A stretch of 47,223 nt of DNA from an archaeon (GCA_035289205.1 DATDXV010000008.1:1-47223); one strand, 5' to 3'; numbered from the stretch's first letter, positions 5,769 through 14,345 are shown. The notes: generated from the letters alone by a model not told the origin. Numbers and translations: made by a program.

Positions 5769-6995
5769 CTATAAGACTTTGCCCCATCCGATAAGATGCC
5801 ATCTCTCCCCGTACTTCCTGGAAAGCACGATCTTCTCCCCTTTCCCTATGCATATGGGTATTCTTAGGTCAAACGAAACAACGCCCTTCTTAAAGCCTGT
5901 TGCTGTCCCGACAGTCTTCGCTATCCCTGCGTTCAAAAGAAGCAGTTCCCCGTTCTTGACGCTCTCTATTCTCTGCTCTCCAATCTTGTCAAAAAGAGTT
6001 ATTTGGGCGCTTAGGGAGTTCAAAACAGGCGGCAGTTCCCTTCCTGCAAGGTTTCCTCCTATGGAATCAGCTTTTGTGTTGGAGGGGTCCAGCGTTGTTT
6101 TGATGCCAAGCAGCCCTCCCGGTCCTGCTTCATCAAGATCCTTTCCAGCCTTCTGTATTCCAATAACCTTTGTTTTGAGGGGAACGGTCTTGCTTCCGAT
6201 CCTGATGCCGGGCCTTATTTCTATTTCATCATTGATCTTAAGCATGCCCTGGACAAGCGATCCGCCCAGGATCCCCCCGTTCATCCCCTCAGGCTCTGTC
6301 CCGGGCCTGTTTATGTCAAATGATCTTAGAACCATTAACCTGGCAGAAAGACTGGGATCCCTCTTTGGCGTTTTTATGATTTCTTCTATCGCCTCCAGCA
6401 GCTTGTCTATATTTACCCCCTGCTTTGATGACACAGGGACTATAGGAGCATTTTCAGCAACGCTTCCCTTAAGGAACTCTTTTATCTGCCTGTAATTATT
6501 CAATGCCTGCTCCTTTGCAACAAGGTCTACCTTTGTCTGCGCTATGACGATGTTCTTTATCCCGACTATGTCTAAAACCTTTAGGTGCTCCCTTGTCTGC
6601 GTCTGGGGGCATTCCTGGTTCGCAGCTATCACAAACAGGACCCCGTCCATCAGGGCTGCGCCGGAGATGACTGTTGCCATTAATGTTTCGTGCCCCGGGG
6701 CGTCAACAAACGAAACAGTTCTTACAGCTTCGCACTTCTCGAAGTCCTTCTTGCATTTCTCTGTCAAGGACAAACTAGAGCATTTTGTGCATTTGTAGAT
6801 AGTTGCGTCAGCATATCCTATCTTTATTGTAATGCCCCTCTTCAATTCTTCGGAGTGCTGCATCGGCATTTTTCCCGTTATTGCCTGGACTAAAGTGGAT
6901 TTTCCGTGGTCAACGTTTTCGGTCAGACAAAAAGAATTTGTCTAATGTCCGAGCGTCCCTATATTGACCTCTGGAATCAGTCTGGGGTCAGTCAT
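5769..6995 (-). CDS. eif2g: translation initiation factor aIF2 gamma, interrupted by a 30-nt intron (exons 6947..6995 and 5769..6916)
   Basis: Exon 1 encodes MTDPRLIPEVNIGTLG(H). Exon 2 continues (H)VDHGKSTLVQAITGKMPMQHSEELKRGITI...DAPGHE...TKVDL.... The spliced length is 1197 nt, or 398 aa. The track ORF 5769..6869 begins at an internal Met and lacks the P-loop. Confidence 0.85.
6917..6946 (-). other. 30-nt BHB intron in the aIF2-gamma coding sequence (contains an in-frame TAG)
   Basis: Sense AUUAGACAAAUUCUUUUUGUCUGACCGAAA. Central helix UCGG/CCGA (4 WC bp), bulges AC|A and AA|A, inner 9-bp helix UUAGACAAA/UUUGUCUGA with loop UUCUU, outer helix GACG/CGUU. Excision gives CUC GGA CAC GUU GAC CAC GGA AAA = LGHVDHGK. 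Confidence 0.75.
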
Positions 6996-7031
6996 ATCTC
7001 TATGAAGAACTGGGAATCTTATAAAGGCAAT

Positions 7032-7661
7032 CTATTCAACTTTTCTTATTGTTATTTTATTCCAGTTATCAAGTATGTGATGAGCATCGAATCCAATGCT
7101 TTCTAAATTAAAATCAGTAAACAACGGATCGGGTTCCCAATCTCCAGACCCCTTGTATTCCTCATAGCGCCTTTCACTTTCGTTATTATATTCTTCCTCC
7201 CAGGCTCTCTTCTCTTCCTCTTCAAATGTTTTGCACATCTCCCTTTCTCTGAAACTGATCCTTGAAATCTCGACTTTATTGTCTTGCATATCGAAAGATA
7301 CTAACGTAGCTGCTTCCACAGTTTCGTCATTCATAGTGTCTTTGACTCTTCCAAACAACCTTCCCTCATAGGAATCTGCAATCCTCCTCACCAAGAAGGT
7401 ATATTCTATTCCATTAAGGCGGTCTAGCTCGAATGACACAAGCGAAGGAGCCTGTCCCTCATTAACTATTCTCTTGGCTGCTTCTATGTAATTGCCTTGG
7501 TGAAGCAATTTTACAATTTCGCAGAAATCATCCGCCCCATAGATCCCTATTGCAGAATGGTTTATTTCGACATAGACTGGCATCTTATCTATGCATTCCC
7601 TTGTAAGTTCCCTGATCTTCTGCTTCTCGGTTTCAGAGAACGCATCCAGTTTCTGCTGCAT
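7032..7661 (-). CDS. hypothetical protein (209 aa), acidic C-terminal half
   Basis: Leaderless-type start: TTTAAA at 7685..7690 lies 26 nt upstream of the ATG. Shares a YEGRL...ATLVSF motif with the 127-aa protein at 7938..8321. Confidence 0.6.
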   Translation of the reverse strand: MQQKLDAFSETEKQKIRELTRECIDKMPVYVEINHSAIGIYGADDFCEIVKLLHQGNYIEAAKRIVNEGQAPSLVSFELDRLNGIEYTFLVRRIADSYEGRLFGRVKDTMNDETVEAATLVSFDMQDNKVEISRISFREREMCKTFEEEEKRAWEEEYNNESERRYEEYKGSGDWEPDPLFTDFNLESIGFDAHHILDNWNKITIRKVE

Positions 7662-7694
7662 AATTTGGATTACATACTAAAGGATTTAAACGTA

Positions 7695-7928
7695 TCAAGA
7701 AAAGCCATCTATGAATTCCCTTGCCTTTTCCAGATTCTTCAGGTGATACCGCCCTCTGGATTCTATTATCCCATCGCTCTCCAGTCTCCACATAGCATGT
7801 GCAAAGATCTCCCATCCCACTATCTTTGCTACGCCCTCTAGATCGCTTACGGAGTAGCCTCTTACTGGATTTCTGAGCATATAGGTCACTATAGTTTTGC
7901 TTGCATCTAATTCTCTTTTGTCTGTCAA
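7695..7928 (-). CDS. small winged-helix-like DNA-binding protein (77 aa)
   Basis: TTG start preceded by AAGGTGG. The size and the pattern ...YSVSDLEGVAKIVGWEIFAHAMWRLESDGIIESRGRYHL resemble a wHTH recognition helix plus wing. This is inference only. Confidence 0.5.
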   Translation of the reverse strand: MTDKRELDASKTIVTYMLRNPVRGYSVSDLEGVAKIVGWEIFAHAMWRLESDGIIESRGRYHLKNLEKAREFIDGFS

Positions 7929-7937
7929 ATCGCCACC

Positions 7938-8321
7938 TTATTTCACATAGAAAGAGAGCACTGTTGCCCTTCTGTCTGTGGGATCATGTTGCATGTCTTC
8001 CTCGGGTTTTTTAATGAGCCTGCCTTCATATCTGAACAGATCTGATGACATTCTCTGAAATGCAAGCAGATATGGTCTCTCCAAGGAGAACTCCATGAAA
8101 GATATGTCCGGGTTCCTTTCCATTGTATTGTGCGTCCTGTGGACTATGTCTCTCTCTTTCATTTCTTTAATGGCTCTGCGTATTCTCTCTATCTCCACTT
8201 CGCCATGCCCCTGTCCTGCATAAACCTTTATGTGCGAGATGCGGGAGCTTTCTGGCTCAAGTTCTCTTGTGGCAATCTTTAGAACAGCGTTCTCAAATCT
8301 AGCGGATCTGTATGCTGGCAT
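7938..8321 (-). CDS. hypothetical protein (127 aa)
   Basis: First gene of a co-directional triplet. The C-terminus RYEGRLIKK...RRATVLSFYVK parallels SYEGRLFGR...EAATLVSF in 7032..7661. Confidence 0.55.
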   Translation of the reverse strand: MPAYRSARFENAVLKIATRELEPESSRISHIKVYAGQGHGEVEIERIRRAIKEMKERDIVHRTHNTMERNPDISFMEFSLERPYLLAFQRMSSDLFRYEGRLIKKPEEDMQHDPTDRRATVLSFYVK

Positions 8322-8379
8322 GGAAGTTCTTTGTTTGTAAAGAATTTAAACAGATATGCATCTGCGTCAGATGACGAAT

Positions 8380-8775
8380 TTATTTATTGGCTTCCTCTTT
8401 CTTTTCCTTCGGCTGTATTCCCAAGATGGTTGCGATGTCCCCCTCCCCCTCAATGATCTTGCAGTTTATTTGTTTGGTTGTCGCAGAAACAGTATTGCCA
8501 GAGATGTTTTTCCTTTTTCTCATCCCTTTCTTTGTTGAATTGAATCCAGGCCCTTTAGATAGAAGTATTCTCCTTCTTGCTCCGCCAGGAAGGTCGAATC
8601 TCATCGGGAAACCTTCCTTGTCAGATCCCCCTGTGAGTTGAAGCTTGAAGCCTCCCAACCCGACAAGGTTCCCGTCAAACTGGTCGCCTATCTTCATTCC
8701 AACAAGGCTAGGCGCTTCCATATCCTTCTGGAAAGACTTTCGTGTCTTCGGCTCATTAATAACTATGTAAGTCAT
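8380..8775 (-). CDS. rps6e: 30S ribosomal protein eS6
   Basis: ...GGFKLQLTGGSDKEGFPMRFDLPGGARRRILLSKGPGF... is the S6e core. Confidence 0.9.
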   Translation of the reverse strand: MTYIVINEPKTRKSFQKDMEAPSLVGMKIGDQFDGNLVGLGGFKLQLTGGSDKEGFPMRFDLPGGARRRILLSKGPGFNSTKKGMRKRKNISGNTVSATTKQINCKIIEGEGDIATILGIQPKEKKEEANK

Positions 8776-8826
8776 AGCTTCTATTCAGAACCAATGTATT
8801 TAAAGTTTAGCTGGACATAATATCTT

Positions 8827-9093
8827 ATGGATCGTCTAGCGCGTATCCAGGGCATAATAGAGGGAATGAAAACCAGTCCATTCGGATTCCTCTACTTGCC
8901 TCCCGCAAATGGCGTTGATTCGCTTATAAAATATCTTGCCTGCGCAAATGGAGAATCCTGCAGAACAGTTGTTATAAAGAGATTCGATATAGAGAGGTTA
9001 GAGGCACGAGAATTCCTGGAAGAGTTCGCATGCATTGAGTGCACTTATCATGAGCTAAGAAAAGACGACTCTCAAAATATACAGAAAGGCTAG
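8827..9093 (+). CDS. hypothetical protein (88 aa)
   Basis: TTTAAA at 8799..8804 lies 25-26 nt upstream of the ATG. No family recognised. Confidence 0.5.
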   Translation: MDRLARIQGIIEGMKTSPFGFLYLPPANGVDSLIKYLACANGESCRTVVIKRFDIERLEAREFLEEFACIECTYHELRKDDSQNIQKG

Positions 9094-9768
9094 AAATAAA
9101 GGCTGGTGCAGGATATAGATTGTAAGGGAGTTCCTTCCGAGAAGTGAGATGCTCTTTACAAATGTTCTCTTTGACATATCCCTTATCTTGAATGCTCTTC
9201 TGCTGCCTTTGTAAAACTTCTCTCCGAATCCCATTCCCATGAGGAAGAATCCGAACCAGGGGAGCAGCGGCTCATAATCCAGAGAGCTCAAGTCCGCAGG
9301 TATGAAACCCAGCCAGAACAGCCATGGGAATTCAAATCTCATTGTATGGAGCATGGCTCCTGCTACGACTATTGCCAGTCCTATGATTATGTTTTTCCTG
9401 CCGAACCTGTAGAATATGTGCGACAGGATGATTGACAGGCCTATGAGATGGAGTATGCCGAACCAAACCGCATATTGCGGAATGAGGAAGAGCGTCGCCA
9501 GTGTTATGAGCATCCCCAGGGAGAATACGGTCAGCCCTCTTGCAAACACGCGCTTTGTGTCTTTCCTTCTTGTATGGCTTATGTAAAGCGACAGGCCCGC
9601 TATAAACACAAAACTCCCGGCAACCAGATGGGGGAACAGGAACCAGTAGAGCCATCCTCCCTGGAACTTGAAGATGTTGAGGAAGTGGAGTGTGAATGAC
9701 CAGTTGAAGATCAGCATCCCTATGACTGCAAGGCCTCTCCAAAAGTCAATCTCCCAGAATCTTTGCAT
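9055..9768 (-). CDS. DUF1624-type (heparan-alpha-glucosaminide N-acetyltransferase-like) membrane protein
   Basis: N-terminus RFWEIDFWRGLAVIGMLIFNW and multiple TM segments. Confidence 0.65.
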   Translation of the reverse strand: MQRFWEIDFWRGLAVIGMLIFNWSFTLHFLNIFKFQGGWLYWFLFPHLVAGSFVFIAGLSLYISHTRRKDTKRVFARGLTVFSLGMLITLATLFLIPQYAVWFGILHLIGLSIILSHIFYRFGRKNIIIGLAIVVAGAMLHTMRFEFPWLFWLGFIPADLSSLDYEPLLPWFGFFLMGMGFGEKFYKGSRRAFKIRDMSKRTFVKSISLLGRNSLTIYILHQPLFLAFLYILRVVFS

Positions 9769-9819
9769 TCAGATAGTAGTGTTAGTTTGATTTAAATCCT
9801 TTAATACAAATCTACATCT

Positions 9820-10113
9820 ATGCCGCCAACCGCAGAGATAACATTTTATCGGGGCTTTGACATGCCTGTGACAAGACTTGAGGAAACGCCCGATCCTGTT
9901 GAAGAAATTGCAAGGAACTTCCTGAAGTATCTGAAAGGAAGGGGCATAGATTATACTGTAGAAGAACGAGATCTGAAGGAGGGGAGGCTTGTTATAAAGG
10001 GTGAGAGTCTGAAGGAACTTGACGTAGAAGGTGCGATGAACTCTGCCAAGCGCATTTACGCTAATTTCTGGGGCAAGAATGTCGGGACGCAAATAGAATT
10101 CAAAAAAGACTAG
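9820..10113 (+). CDS. hypothetical protein (97 aa)
   Basis: ORF with an upstream TTTAAA-like box (GATTTAAATCC about 9788..9798). Confidence 0.5.
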   Translation: MPPTAEITFYRGFDMPVTRLEETPDPVEEIARNFLKYLKGRGIDYTVEERDLKEGRLVIKGESLKELDVEGAMNSAKRIYANFWGKNVGTQIEFKKD

Positions 10114-10604
10114 AATCTAGAACCTGTTTCAATCTCTTCTCTTATTCTTAAGAAGGATTCTGTATCTTGCATGGAATCTTCTTGATCTCTTTCCTGACAA
10201 ACTACTTCCTCTTTATCGGAGCATCTATCAAGAAACCTTTCATGCTCATCTTTTGCAGGACCAAACTCTATTATGGGCTCTGCATCTCTGAGGAAAACAT
10301 CTGGTTTCCTATCTTTAATATGTCTTGAGGATATTGCGTTTTTTACCGCATTTCTTAATCTGCTGTAAGATTTGAATTCATTAGATTCCCAGAGATCTCG
10401 ATAAGAAGTGAATTGCTTGCTCTTGTTTTCATCTGATTTGGCAGTCTTCACATCTTGAGGAGCATATGTTCCATATTTCTGAAGTTCCCTTACCAGTGGT
10501 CTAATAGCAGAGACGGCTTTTGGAGAAATTCCTTGTAAAGCTCTTAGAGAAGTCTCACCAGAAACTATCTGGTCTGCAATGTTAAGATAGCCAACATCCA
10601 TCAT
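10110..10604 (-). CDS. hypothetical protein (164 aa)
   Basis: A+T-rich ORF. No motif recognised. Confidence 0.45.
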   Translation of the reverse strand: MMDVGYLNIADQIVSGETSLRALQGISPKAVSAIRPLVRELQKYGTYAPQDVKTAKSDENKSKQFTSYRDLWESNEFKSYSRLRNAVKNAISSRHIKDRKPDVFLRDAEPIIEFGPAKDEHERFLDRCSDKEEVVCQERDQEDSMQDTESFLRIREEIETGSRF

Positions 10605-10644
10605 AATTATCTATCATTCGATGTGTAAATTATACATATAAAGT

Positions 10645-11976
10645 TTAGTAAAGATATCCCCACGTCTGCAGAAGGTCAGAATCCTTGAGCCATCTCTCCC
10701 CGATGTCGTCCCTGTAGAACAGATTCGGTATCATTATGTTCCTTACGCGGTTGTATGCCTGCTTCCTTGCCTCGCTCATCGTAGGACCGCTTCCCGTTAT
10801 AACAAGCACATAACCCACGGATCCCGCAACAACCCAGTCCTCTTCTACCATTTTTGTATCTCCAAGATGAATGCCTTCAAAGTTGGGTTTCTTGAAGAGA
10901 ATGGTTGCGCCCTCGGAGAATTTTCTGAATGTATCGGGATCGTTGAAGGGAAAGGGCGGCACGGCTATGACAACACATATTTGATATCCTTTCTTGACTT
11001 GAAGATCAAAACTCTCCCCCTTCGCCATAGCAATCAGGAGATCGCTCATTTTGCTTGTTATCCCTTCCATCTGGAGACTGATCGTTGGCACTCCAAATCT
11101 GCACGTCATTTCGAGTGGATAGATGCCACGAGCATTAACAATACAATTAATATCGAAATATCCTACGTAGCCTTCCTGAGCCAAGAATGGTTTCATTTTT
11201 TCTAATGTTGTCTTATAAAATGTATTTGGTTGGCAAAAATAGGCTGATGTCCCCATCTCGCCCGTTAATGCTCCTATGTCTCCTGGAAAAAGTCTTTTGT
11301 GTTCAAAATTAACGCAAACTGGTGTTATAAAATCCTTGCCATTGAAGAAAGCTCCGCATGCCACCTCGACCCCTGCAGCGTGCTTCTGCAACTGGAATTT
11401 CTTTATCTTAGATGCCCAGTTTTTCTTATAGTGCTGCAGGACCTGCAATACATCTTTACCATCGTCTTCCTGACCGACAAAGAGCAGCTCCTTTTCATTC
11501 GCAGCCTTGCCGCTTGGTTTCAGCACGTACCTACCAGAATTCTTCTCAACAAATTTTATTGCTTCATCAAAGTTATCAAAATCCCAGTGAGGAAGGATGT
11601 TCATCCCTGCCTTTTCCATCATCTCCTGCCCGAATTCCCTATCATCTTCCAACCTATCTGTATTGGCAGTCCCACCGACTACCAATTTGCCTTTCTTTCT
11701 TAGCTTGTCTGCCTCTGTCCCAAAACCTAAGCAGTCATCGAAGATAACAATGTCTGCCCAGTCAGCATCCTTCTTCCAGTCATCAGATTTCTCTATAAAT
11801 CCATCTCCCACATCGTTGTCATCCTTGGAAAGGATGTTCATCTTAACGTCATGTCCTTCCTTTTTTATCTGCCAAGCTAAGTCAATTGCCAAAGCTTCGT
11901 TTGACACAAAAAGAAATTTTATTTTTTTCCCGTTTGAATTTCCATTATCTTTAATCATTTTCACCATCAAAAACAA
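10645..11976 (-). CDS. PurD-like ATP-grasp enzyme (phosphoribosylamine-glycine ligase family)
   Basis: EHKRLFPGDIGALTGEMGT, NCRFGVP and YRDDIGERW are colinear with the PurD motifs DHKR..D.GPNTGGMG, NCRFGDP and R.DIG. No other pur genes lie nearby. Confidence 0.7.
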   Translation of the reverse strand: MFLMVKMIKDNGNSNGKKIKFLFVSNEALAIDLAWQIKKEGHDVKMNILSKDDNDVGDGFIEKSDDWKKDADWADIVIFDDCLGFGTEADKLRKKGKLVVGGTANTDRLEDDREFGQEMMEKAGMNILPHWDFDNFDEAIKFVEKNSGRYVLKPSGKAANEKELLFVGQEDDGKDVLQVLQHYKKNWASKIKKFQLQKHAAGVEVACGAFFNGKDFITPVCVNFEHKRLFPGDIGALTGEMGTSAYFCQPNTFYKTTLEKMKPFLAQEGYVGYFDINCIVNARGIYPLEMTCRFGVPTISLQMEGITSKMSDLLIAMAKGESFDLQVKKGYQICVVIAVPPFPFNDPDTFRKFSEGATILFKKPNFEGIHLGDTKMVEEDWVVAGSVGYVLVITGSGPTMSEARKQAYNRVRNIMIPNLFYRDDIGERWLKDSDLLQTWGYLY

Positions 11977-12041
11977 AAGTTTTCTATTACTAAGACTGAT
12001 TTAATGAAATAAATAGCTTTGCATGGAAGAATTTACAGAAT

Positions 12042-13769
12042 TTATTCCTCTCCGAGAATCTTTTTTGCGAGCTTTACTTCGTCCCATCTCTCTAGATCTT
12101 CCAGAACCTTCAGGTCATTTCTGCTTATGATTGTATAGAGCTCATCATCTTCAAAGATATGCCTGCCCACTGTAGGCCCTGAGATAGAAACCGCTACCTT
12201 CTCCCCTTTCTCTGCCTTCTCCTTCGTAACACCTTCTGTTTGTATCGCCTTCACCTCTCCGATTTCTTTTCCCCCCTTCTGCAGCATTGCTCCGGAAATT
12301 AGAATTCCGTCAAGGACTTCAACTCCAACTATTGCAGGATCATTGTTCCTGAAGACATTGCCTGGAATTATCACAATCTTCGCTGGCCTCTGTATGGAAT
12401 TGAGTTTTTCTACAATCAGCTTCTCCTTCTCCCCCTTCACATAAGAGTCATACTCTTCGAAAAGCCTGTAAATGATGTTGTTAGAAATAAGCTTGATTTT
12501 CTTGTCCTTGCACTCGTTCACAATGCCCTCCTCCACAGGAGAGTTGAAGACAATAAGAGCTCTGTTCAAAGAATCCGTGCTTGTTTCAGTTTCTGTCATG
12601 TCCCTTCTTGTTATTAAACCGACGCTTGCCTTTTTGATCGGGATGCTCCTTTCTTTCAGCATGCCTATTATTGCCTCCAGGCTTCCAAGCGTATCTGCCT
12701 TGACAACGACTCCCTCTCCGCCCTGCTCAATCTCTATGCTTTCCACCTCGCTCTGGACCTCTCTCTTTGCCCCTTCCACCTTTTCCTCCCTGTCAACCGT
12801 TATGATCGGGCTTCCTGCAACAGCCCCTTCAACATTGAGCGCGGATATCTTGACGCCAGCTGCAGCGGAAACAGCGTCAACGCTCTTGAACTGTTTTTCT
12901 ATCCTAAGCTCTTTGAGCGGAGGCGGTTTCAATAAAGCTTTGATTTTTGTAACAATAGGGTTTCTTCCTCCTATTATTAGCCAGTCCCCTTTCTTGACCT
13001 CTCCATCATAAAGAATCACATCAATTGTTGTTCCCAGCCCTCTCACATCCTTTACTTCCAGAATTGACCCTCTTCCCTCACCGGGCTTAATTTCCAGATC
13101 TTTCTTAAGAAACGACTGAGCAAGGCCAGTTAGCATGGCTAGAAGTTCCTGTATGCCCTCACCTGTTACAGAAGAGCAGGGAATGACAGCAATTGTGTTC
13201 TTGAAGTCAGAAACCCTGTCATATCTGTCTGCATTGAAGCCCCTCTCCGAGAGCTGCGCAACTATCGTGTAGAGTCTCTTGTCGAATTCGTCCTTGATCC
13301 TCTCCTGCTGTTTTTCATAAGACTCAATAGACAAGCCGTTCTCGTATGCCCTCCATCCTGCTATCCTGTCAATCTTTGTTGCTGCTACGACAAATGGGGT
13401 CTTGAACTCCCTCAGTATTCTTATTGATTCTTCGGTCTGTTCTTGTATGCCTTCGTTGATATCTATGACAAGGATCGCCAAGTCTGCGATAGAAGATCCT
13501 CGTTTTCTTATAGCTGTGAAAGCTGCATGGCCAGGCGTGTCAAGTATAAGCAGGCCAGGAACCTCAATCTTCAGGTTCATCTTCTTTATGATTGCATCGC
13601 ATGTTTTGCTTATTGTTTCAGCAGGAATCTCTGAGGCCCCAAAATGCTGGGTTATTGCTCCAGCTTCTTTGTCTGCCACAGTCGTGCCTCTGATCCTGTC
13701 TAGCAGAGAGGTCTTGCCAGCATCTATGTGACCAACTGTTACAATTATCGGCTGTCGTATCATATCCAT
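12042..13769 (-). CDS. infB: translation initiation factor aIF5B
   Basis: RQPIIVTVGHIDAGKTSLLDRIRGT, DTPGH, ATKIDR. 575 aa. Confidence 0.9.
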   Translation of the reverse strand: MDMIRQPIIVTVGHIDAGKTSLLDRIRGTTVADKEAGAITQHFGASEIPAETISKTCDAIIKKMNLKIEVPGLLILDTPGHAAFTAIRKRGSSIADLAILVIDINEGIQEQTEESIRILREFKTPFVVAATKIDRIAGWRAYENGLSIESYEKQQERIKDEFDKRLYTIVAQLSERGFNADRYDRVSDFKNTIAVIPCSSVTGEGIQELLAMLTGLAQSFLKKDLEIKPGEGRGSILEVKDVRGLGTTIDVILYDGEVKKGDWLIIGGRNPIVTKIKALLKPPPLKELRIEKQFKSVDAVSAAAGVKISALNVEGAVAGSPIITVDREEKVEGAKREVQSEVESIEIEQGGEGVVVKADTLGSLEAIIGMLKERSIPIKKASVGLITRRDMTETETSTDSLNRALIVFNSPVEEGIVNECKDKKIKLISNNIIYRLFEEYDSYVKGEKEKLIVEKLNSIQRPAKIVIIPGNVFRNNDPAIVGVEVLDGILISGAMLQKGGKEIGEVKAIQTEGVTKEKAEKGEKVAVSISGPTVGRHIFEDDELYTIISRNDLKVLEDLERWDEVKLAKKILGEE

Positions 13770-13820
13770 CGTGATAGATTCGGCGGGGGAGTTTAAAAAT
13801 CTGCGTAGCTTATTCTATGC

Positions 13821-14345
13821 ATGGAAGAGGAAATCATACTCGTGGATGAGCATGACAAACCTGTCGGGTTCATGGAGAAGATAGCTGCGCATAAGAACGG
13901 CGGAAAGCTCCATAGGGCGTTTTCAATATTTGTTTTCAACTCCAAAGGCCAGCTGCTCCTGCAGCTGAGGTCTGTCAAGAAGCACCATTTCGGCGGGTTA
14001 TGGACGAATACCTGCTGCAGTCATCCTAGGAAAGGAGAGAAGCTGGAGGAGGCTGTTCACAGGAAGCTCATGCAGGAGTGCGGATTTGACACGGAGCTCA
14101 AAGAGATCTTCAGTTTCATCTACAAGGCTCATGACAAGAAGAGCGGTCTGACAGAGCATGAGTTCGATCATGTTTTCATTGGAAAATTCGATGGAAAACC
14201 TAATCAGAACCCCGAAGAGATTGACGAGCTGAAGTGGGTTGATACGAAAGATCTTCAGAGTGATGTCAAGAAGAACCCAGGCAACTACACATTATGGTTC
14301 AGGCTTGCTCTTGATGCCGTTTTGGAGATACATCCAGCAATTTAA
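13821..14345 (+). CDS. idi: isopentenyl-diphosphate delta-isomerase, type 1 (Nudix)
   Basis: HRAFSIFVFNSKGQLLLQLRS..K..F.GLWTNTCCSHP...E. The TNxCCSHP motif is characteristic of type-1 IDI. Confidence 0.85.
   Translation: MEEEIILVDEHDKPVGFMEKIAAHKNGGKLHRAFSIFVFNSKGQLLLQLRSVKKHHFGGLWTNTCCSHPRKGEKLEEAVHRKLMQECGFDTELKEIFSFIYKAHDKKSGLTEHEFDHVFIGKFDGKPNQNPEEIDELKWVDTKDLQSDVKKNPGNYTLWFRLALDAVLEIHPAI

Noticed and set aside
5779-6495. Long antisense or alternative-frame ORFs in the track (for example 5779..6495, 12472..13011, 27070..27579, 30119..30847, 39824..40225, 44222..44698, 46224..46634)
   Set aside because: Each lies opposite to, or overlaps, a gene with clear family motifs. Their translations are low-complexity (Ser/Leu/Pro-rich) with no motifs.
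6897-6995. Alternative explanations for the aIF2-gamma interruption: TAG read-through or recoding, a gene-60-like ribosomal hop from CAU to the downstream CAC, or a dead pseudogene
   Set aside because: Read-through would insert 10 residues (xTNSFCLTEN) into the P-loop. A His-to-His hop would give GTLGHGKS, lacking the invariant VDH. Exact removal of 30 nt at positions dictated by a canonical BHB fold restores GHVDHGKS. The rest of the gene is intact with no other lesions. None of these alternatives is experimentally excluded.
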